Assembly: GCF_009914755.1 (NCBI RefSeq)
Contig: NC_060943.1
DNA from: the human T2T-CHM13v2.0 reference genome, Homo sapiens
Reading direction: 5' to 3' (one strand)
Length of the DNA stretch: 64,000 nucleotides
Part shown: positions 54,727 through 64,000 of the stretch, piece by piece
How the letters are laid out: each line of letters begins with the position of its first letter
Numbering within the stretch: position 1 is the stretch's first letter
Made by a program: the position numbers and the translations under genes
The notes under the pieces: generated by a model
Told to the model about the DNA's origin: nothing
Databases searched by the model: none
Seen by the model: only the letters and a program-made list of their open reading frames with translations

Positions 54727-54833
54727 AGAAGGGGATGCTGCCTGGGAGCTTTTTGGGACTCCCAATAGAAGACAGATTTAGTCTCCTGGAAGGCTGCCTG
54801 ATCCAGTTCCCACAGCAGCTGCCACTTGCTCAG
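54727..54833 (+). CDS. ZNF544: Candidate alternative ZNF544 exon (KRAB-only isoform)
   Basis: Acceptor ccttctctgcctacag|, donor CAG|GTGAGT; open in the phase left by the KRAB-B exon. Inferred. Confidence 0.5.
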
Positions 54834-55586
54834 GTGAGTGAAGACATCTGTCAAAAGTCAGAATTTTATTTTTATTTTATTTTATTTTTGAGATGGAGTC
54901 TCACTCTGTCGCCCAGGCTGGAGTGCAGTGGCGCAATCTCAGCTAATCGCAACCTCCGCCTCCCAGTTTCAAGCGATTCTCCTGCCTCAGCCTCCTGAGT
55001 ATCTGGGATTACAGGTGCCCGCCACCACACCTGGCTAATTTTTGTATTTGTATTAGAGACAAGGTTTCACCATGTTGGCCAGGGTGGTCTCAAACTCCTG
55101 ACCTCAGGTGATCCACCCACCTCAGCCTCCCAAAGTGCTGGGATTCACTCACAGGCGTGAGCCACCACACCCAGCCAAAAGACAGAATTTTAACAAATTT
55201 GGTTAAAGATCGAATTGGCTTTTATTTGTGATTCATGAATCTGGGCAGCCTCCACTCTGCAAAACGGAATGAGAGCTCCCACGGGGCAAATGGTAGAATA
55301 GTGGTTTTTGTAAGATAGAGAAAAGGCTAATTAGTTAACACTAGGTTACTTTTCTTGTAAGGATTAAAGCAGAGGGGACTTCCTTATTATGCTGCTCAGG
55401 TAGACTGGAAATCTGGTTTGTTTAGGGATCCACCTGCTTAAAGTATCAGTCTGATTATGTGGCATTTAGCCTAAGTGACTCTGTCTTGGTTTGGTCTGGT
55501 CTCATGAGGCCTAGAGCAGGAGCTCAGTCCAAAACCATGTCCTCTCATAATTTTGTGTAACTTGCCTAACACCTGCTCCTTCTCAG

Positions 55587-55655
55587 GAACGAGGCCCAGC
55601 AAAAAGCAGAGACGGTACAGGGCCAGAAGGATCTGAGAGAGTGTGGCCAGCTTGA
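55587..55655 (+). CDS. ZNF544: Candidate terminal coding segment of the KRAB-only isoform (ERGPAKSRDGTGPEGSERVWPA*)
   Basis: Acceptor ctgctccttctcag| with ctaac branch-like motif upstream; phase 0; TGA at 55653-55655. Inferred. Confidence 0.4.
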   Translation, partial: ERGPAKSRDGTGPEGSERVWPA

Positions 55656-55718
55656 GCCCCTCAGGAGTCGGCCAGAAGGATCTGAGAGAGTGTGGCCAGC
55701 TTGAGCCCCTCGGGAGTC
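55621..55718. repeat. 49-bp tandem duplication (one mismatch)
   Basis: GGCCAGAAGGATCTGAGAGAGTGTGGCCAGCTTGAGCCCCTC(A/G)GGAGTC twice. Confidence 0.97.
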
Positions 55719-55844
55719 AGCTCCTCCGTCCCCACTGGTAACGTCTTCACCCCTTCAACACGGTGTGAAGGGCCATGTCATGGTTGATCTTCAGTCCCTC
55801 AGACTACACCATCAGCCCCATGGGGGTGAGCAAATAACAAGTAA

Positions 55845-56237
<393 letters not shown>

Positions 56238-56348
56238 TAGGCGTTAGCCACCGCGCCCGACCTTTAATAAACATTTTAATGGACTACAACAGACCCACAG
56301 AAAAAGACACATCACAAAGTGAACACCCACAGGGAGAAGCAATAGGGC

Positions 56349-56863
56349 TGTCAGAGGCATTCGACCCAGAGCGACTCCATTTTGAGTGAGGGCTAGGAAA
56401 ATGAGGCTGGGCTGCATTCCCAGAAAAGTAGGTATTCCTAACCTCTAGATGTTTACGGTTAAGGGAACAAATTAATAATGGGTACTAAAACAGACCCAGA
56501 CTTGGGAGTGTCCAGATATCCCGGTATCTAGAGAACAAAGGCATTCCTAATTTTGCTTTAAAAATAATATCGATTCTTGAAAAATACAGTAAGAAAATTA
56601 ATCCTTTTTCACAAACCCTTGTAGCAGAGCACATCTCCCCAAAATCTATTTTTAGCCCAAATATACACAAGCATTGTACCTAGGGTGCATACGTTCCTCT
56701 TACTTTCAGGAACGTCCTACTGTCTATGGGGTAGCTGTTTCACAACTTTACTTTCTCAACAAACTTGCTTTTACTTTGCACTGCGGACTCGCCCTGAATT
56801 TTTTCTTGCGCGAGATCCAAGAACCCTCCCTTGGGGTCTGAATCGGACCCCTTTCCTGTAACA
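56349..56863 (+). mobile_element. MER41-family solo LTR
   Basis: TGTCAGAGGCATTCGACCCAGAGCGACTCCATTTTG...GGACCCCTTTCCTGTAACA matches MER41 termini; TSD not preserved. Confidence 0.8.
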
Positions 56864-56949
56864 CAACCACCGCTCCCAGCCTCCCCGCTTCCAGCCGCTA
56901 AGCCCAAAGTCTTTTATATGAACAAACCTCTAACTCGTCCTGTGACTTT

Positions 56950-58030
56950 GATGCGTGTGCGTTTTAGGCACCGGGGAGCAGAGGGTAAAGCGGCGCAGCT
57001 CCGGGCCTCCTCCCGCGCAAGTTCCCGAGAAGAGCAGGTCCGGCCCGCGCAGACGTGCACGGTCCCCAGCCATTAGGAGGAGCAGACGGTCCCCACCCCC
57101 ACAATCAGTCATCTCTCGGGGTCCGCCCTTGCTCCCTGCCCACGAGTGAGGCCTCTGGTTGCCCGCAACCTAAGGGGCATCGCAGCCCCGAGCAACACCG
57201 CCCCCACCAGCCTTAGCTGAGTGCTCCCATTGGCCAGAGGCCAGCGGGTGGGGGCTCCCATTGGCCATCGGCCATAATGCTTCCATTGGTCGAAGGCCAG
57301 ACCAGCGGAGACTCCCATTGGCCGAGGGCTGTGGTTCGCCGCACGGCCTACTGGGAGTTGTAGTCGCCGCGTCGCCGGTGCGGCCGCCATTGTCCGGAGT
57401 TCGGCGAGTCGGGTGGTCCCTTTGGCTGGAGTGCCTCTCTGGTCTGGGGATCACCTCAGGCGCTGTCCTTCACTGGGCGATCCAGCATGGACCCCGAGGA
57501 CGAAGGGGTAGCGGGAGTGATGTCTGTGGGGCCGCCGGCGGCCCGGCTTCAGGTAACAATAACAACAATAACGACGGCGGCGGGCTCCGGGCAAGCGTCT
57601 CCCGCGCAGACTGACCCTTTCACCTCGCGGCGCGATGAGAGCGGCACCGCTGTTAATGCCCTTGACACGTGGGGAAACTCAGACGCGGGTCGGGGCGTGG
57701 TGACCGTCCTGGCCGGTCAGAGAGGGGGCCGGGATTCCAACCAGGCGCCTGCCCCCCGAATGCGCATGCTCCACGCGGCTCTGTCCTCCCCAGGGCTGGG
57801 GTCGGTCATTCCCGAGAGAATCGAGCAGGCCCATCTCCTGCGTTCGGCTCCGCCCCGCCGACACCCTTGCCCATTCCAGGAAGGTCTGTCCTCGTGTTGA
57901 CTGATAACAGTAATTGTAGCGTTGGCCGGGTGCCCAGATGGCAAGAATCATCGAATAGAGATGCTTTAACGCGTGGAGTCAGCGGACACCCACCGGGACC
58001 CCAGCACCGCGGAGCCCCTGCCCTGGGGCT
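56950..58030 (+). promoter_or_regulatory. ZNF8: CpG-island promoter of ZNF8
   Basis: Four inverted CCAAT boxes (57229, 57260, 57285, 57317), ZNF143/SBS motif CTGGGAGTTGTAGT (57351-57364), YY1-like GCCGCCATT (~57383), NRF1-like TGCGCATGC (57761). Confidence 0.88.
57487..57552 (+). CDS. ZNF8: ZNF8 first coding exon (MDPEDEGVAGVMSVGPPAARLQ); rest of the gene lies beyond the window
   Basis: Strong Kozak AGCATGG, 66 nt, phase-0 donor CAG|GTAACA typical of pre-KRAB exons; peptide recognised as the ZNF8 N-terminus. Confidence 0.9.
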
Positions 58031-60301
58031 TGGGCACAACCTCTTGGGGGCAATGATGGGTCACCACGCACTGAGTGTGATGAGAGTGACCACCAGGGTC
58101 GTCCCCTGCGAGACTGTGGGAGAACTGCAGTGCAGGGCGGTCAGTGTTTGCAGGGCCATCTGGCCATCAGAGCTCCACTTTCTAGACAAAGTGGTTGCGG
58201 CCTGTGTTCTCCATAAAGCTGCCTCGCGTGGCAGGAAACAACAATAATTATACTTCCTCAAGCTCTGCAACTTTGAAATTATACTTTTTTTTTTTTTGTC
58301 GTTGGTTTGTTCATGGGGATTTGCATTATTTCAGATTTGGTACACAAAGTGAGACTTGATAATCTTAGGTTGCAGGTTTTCAGATGTGTGTTGCTCCAAA
58401 TTTGCATGAAATGCTACCACGTTTTATTTTGTTCTTGCTGTGGATGGGGGACAAGGAATGAGTCGTAAGAAAGGCTTGAGAGAAAGTGTATTAGTTACCT
58501 GTTGCTGTGTAACTCAAAACTTCGTGACCTGGAACAACAATAAATATCTCACGAGTTCTGACAGGAGTAATGGAATGTCCTAGCTGGTGGTTCTGGTTCA
58601 GGCCCATGAAGTTACAGTGAAGATGTCAGCATAGCTGTTGTCACCTGAGACCTGAGTCTGGAGGATCCACCTCCAGGATGGCTCACTCACATGTCTGTTG
58701 ATAGGAGACCTCAGTTGTTCTCCATGTAGGCCTCTCTTTGGAACTGCTAGGGATCCTTGCAACATGGCATCTGGCTTCCCACAGAACAAGTGATCCAGGA
58801 GAGGGCAAGGTAGAAACTGTAACACCTTCCATGACCTGGATTCAGAATTCACACTCTTGTCACTTCCACGGTGTCTTACTGGTTACAAAGTCAACCTTGT
58901 TGAGTGTTGGAGGGGACCACACCAGGGCTGGAGGTCATTGGCAGAGGTGGTGGGGGAGCATCTTGGAGACTGTCCATCACAGGAGACAAGGACCAGAATG
59001 GAGAGCTTCAAGGTCCAGTGTTTTATCTGGTTATCTGTGTCTGCTGTAACAATTCACTACAAATTTTGTGGCTTAAAACATTTGTTCTTAGGTTCTGGAG
59101 GTCAGAAGTCTGAAATCGGTTTTCTGGTCTGGAATCAAGGTATGAGCAGAGCTACCCTCCCTACCAAGGTTCTAGGGTAGAATGTTTCCTCGTCTTTTCC
59201 AGCTGTGAGAGGTACAGACCTTCTATACCTTGCCTCATGGCCCTTTGCCCGTCTTCAAAGCCTGCATTGTAGCATGTTGCTTCAGTGATCATATTGCCTT
59301 ATGTCTTCTATAGTCATAGCTCCCTTTGTCTACCTCTTATAAAGACACTTGTGATTGCATTTAGGGCCCACCTGGATAATCCAGGATAATTTTTCTGTTT
59401 GAAAATCCTAATCACATCTGCACAGTTCCTTTTACCATATATAGTAATATTCACAGGTTCTAGGAACTAGGACCTGGATATCCTTGGAGGCCATTATATA
59501 TCTCAGTCTACCATAGCCAGGCTGAGAGGAGCCATCCAGTATTCAGTGATGAGAAGGAGCCATTCACGTGTTTTAAGCAGGACTGGCATAGGGTTGAAAA
59601 AATCCACTTATGCATTAGGGGCTGGTGGGAAGGGAGATACTGGCAGCTCAACTAAGGCAGTGGGAAAAAGAGAGGAGTGGTTAGGCCCAGTGACCAGGTG
59701 TTGGCTGATGCTGGGGTGAAAAGAATATGTAAAGGAGAAACATCAGAGCACAGCCCCACCCCTTCAGGCTCCAGAAGTGCAAGACAAGAGGGAAGGCTGC
59801 AGGGATCTGATGTAGGGCAGAAAGAACATCATGAGACAACAAGGAGTGGGCTTCTGCTAGAATTCCAAGAAGGAAGCCAAGAGGAGGCATGAAGGACTTG
59901 TATGATGCCACTGAGAATTCTCATGGCTTGGACAGACCAGTACTCAGTGGACGTGGTGTCTAGGCTGTCACCAGTGACTCTTGCAGAATGGGTGATGATG
60001 GGAGGTGGGGGCAGGAGGCACGGGAAGCACAAATCAAAATTGGTGGGCATTCTGAGTGGAGGAAAGCGAAGACACAGAGACAGGAGCAGAGACCTCAGTT
60101 GCCAACCAAAGGCATCTTTCTGTATGTTTCCTATTAGAGCCACCTGCTACCTGTACTAAAATTTCTTTCTTATTTTTTAATCTACTCATGTTTTTCTTAA
60201 AAGGAAATGTCCTTTTAAAATTGAAGTATTTGGGGCCTGGTGCAGTGGCTCATGCCTGTAATCCCAGCACTTTGAGAGGCCACAGCAGATGGATCACTTC
60301 A

Positions 60302-60580
<279 letters not shown>

Positions 60581-60599
60581 CTAGCAGCAACACTGGTGG

Positions 60600-61030
60600 T
60601 GTATAGTTTTGATTTTTCATTTCCCTGATGACTAATGGTGTTGAACATCTTTTCATGTACTTATTTGCCATTTGTGTATCTTCTTTTATATATTCTTCAA
60701 AGAAATAACTATACAGATTCTTTGCCTATTTTAACTGGGTTGTCTTTTTATTACTGAGTTGTATGTGTTCATTACATATTCTAGATACAAGTCTCTTATC
60801 AGATATGTGATTCCCAATTATTATCTCCCATTCTGTGAGTTGTCTTTTCACTTTCTTGCTAATGTCCTTTGAACTACAAAAGTTTTTGTTTTGATGAAGT
60901 CCAATTGATTACATTTAGTTGCTTATCCTTTTGGTTTCATATCTAAGAATCCCTTGCCAAATCCAAGGTTACAAAGATTTATCTCTCTGTTTTCCTCTAA
61001 GAGTTTTATAGTTTTAGCTCTTACTTTTAA
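60600..61030 (-). mobile_element. L1M ORF2 3'-region fragment, antisense
   Basis: 'ttccctgatgactaatggtgttgaacatcttttcatgtacttatttgccatttgtgtatcttct...ccattctgtgagttgtcttttcactttct' is a typical antisense L1M sequence. Confidence 0.8.
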
Positions 61031-61683
<653 letters not shown>

Positions 61684-62003
61684 TAATTTGTTTTGAGTTA
61701 ATTTTTATATATGATATAAGATAGAAGTCTGTGTTAGTTTGAATGTGTCTCCCAAATTTCATGTGTTGATAGTATTTGAAGGTGGCGACTTTTGGGAGAA
61801 ATTTAGGATTAGATAAGGTTATCAGGATTGGACTCCCTTGATGGGACTAGTGGCTTTAGAAGGAGAGAGAGACCTGAGCTGGCACACTCTTGCCCTCTCG
61901 CCATGTGATGCCCTCCACCATCTTATGTCATAACAAGAAGGCCCTCACCAGATGCCAGTACCATGATATTAGACTTCCCAGCCTTCAGAACTGTAAGAAA
62001 TAA

Positions 62004-62213
<210 letters not shown>

Positions 62214-62521
62214 TAGCCAGGATGGTCTCGATCTCCTGACCTCGTGATCCGCCCGCCTCGGCCTCCCAAAGTGCTGGGATTACAGGCATGAGCCACCGCT
62301 CCCACCCACAAATAAACTGTCTTCATCAAAGTTATTGAAAGAGAGAGAGAGAAAAAAAGCAACTTTCTTTATAAATTACTTCGTCCTTAGGAGGACAAGG
62401 CGAGAGGATCACTTGAGGTCAGGAGTTCGACACCAGCCTGGCCAACATGGAGAAACCCTGTCTCTACTAAAAAATACAAAAATTAGCTGGGTGTGGTGGC
62501 GTGCACCTGTAGTCCTAGCTA

Positions 62522-62656
<135 letters not shown>

Positions 62657-62958
62657 TCAGTCTGTGATATTCTGTTACAGCAACAGAAAATATGCTGGGA
62701 CAGGGACTATCTTTACTCTTTTCCATGTGGCTATCCAGATGTCCTGTAGGAAGTGTTTGTAAACCACTTAATCATTATACAGCCCCCAAGGGGTGATGCT
62801 TTGTTGACATGGAAACTGGGAAGCAAAGATGCTTCTTGGGGACGAAGTGACTGAGCCAAGACTCTGATCCAGAAATATCTGGCTTTCAAGCATGGCTGCA
62901 GAAGGGCTTTGTTTATGGGACACATTTTAGGTAATGTTGCATCAACTTATAAAAATCA

Positions 62959-63249
<291 letters not shown>

Positions 63250-63552
63250 CTACCTCAAAAAGAAAAATAATTTTTCACATAAAAATCTGACCTAATTTTC
63301 AGCTTCTCTTCAGAGATGAGCAGTTCTGACAAAGGGACCTGTATTTTCCCGTAATCAGTGAGTTCTGAGTCCCTGCTGCTCCTTCAGACAGGGTCCATGC
63401 TCCCCATCACCTCCAGTCCCACCACTCATAGGTAAGTGTCCTTGTGGGCTCTTAAACTGGCCCACTTCTGTCATGTGAGCCTGCCTTGCCCTGAAAGCAG
63501 GCGAATTTCTGACCCCAGCCCTGTGTGCTTCTCTTTTCAGGAAGGATGGTGA

Positions 63553-63738
<186 letters not shown>

Positions 63739-64000
63739 TAGTGAGTGTATTAGTTAGCTGCTGTGTAACACTGTCCTAAAACAGTATCTGTTTTACTTAA
63801 AACAGTAACTGTTTCTTTAGCTCACAAACCTGCAAATAAGTGGTTTACGCCAGTCTCTGCTGGTACCCTCGTCTGTCTTGTTAGATGTAGGTCAGCTCTG
63901 CCTGGCGTTGTTGATCTTGGTGAGTCCTCTCACATGTCCTCACTGTACAACCCACACCTATGTGTAGTGGCCTAATAGGTGCCCAGTGAGACCTGACTCC

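Overview
Human-like (primate) genomic DNA, very rich in Alu elements, recognisable as part of the chr19q13.43 KRAB zinc-finger cluster. It holds the complete ZNF544 gene on the + strand (CpG-island promoter ~6.9-7.9 kb; coding exons 22536-22568, 24813-24939, 25223-25306 and 39261-41164, giving 715 aa with KRAB A+B and 13 C2H2 fingers). It also holds the promoter and first coding exon of ZNF8 (57487-57552). Most ORFs in the supplied track are Alu read-through artefacts. I found no wholly new biological system. The structures most worth a second look are: (i) the ZNF544 stop is a TAG in the middle of the finger array, leaving five fossil fingers in the 3' UTR, two of them still intact; (ii) a decayed paralogous KRAB-ZNF terminal exon at ~1.9-3.9 kb that aligns with the ZNF544 spacer; (iii) a predicted KRAB-only ZNF544 isoform using two distal exons near ZNF8; (iv) a 9-kb antisense ERV1 (MER51-like) provirus with an Arg-tRNA PBS and gag/IN/env relics, in a four-level L1>ERV>AluY>LTR nest; (v) a minisatellite whose two unit types look like opposite-strand CpG-decay products; and (vi) solo LTRs carrying GAS and p53-like motifs. 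Gene and repeat-family names come from memory of consensus sequences and need database confirmation.
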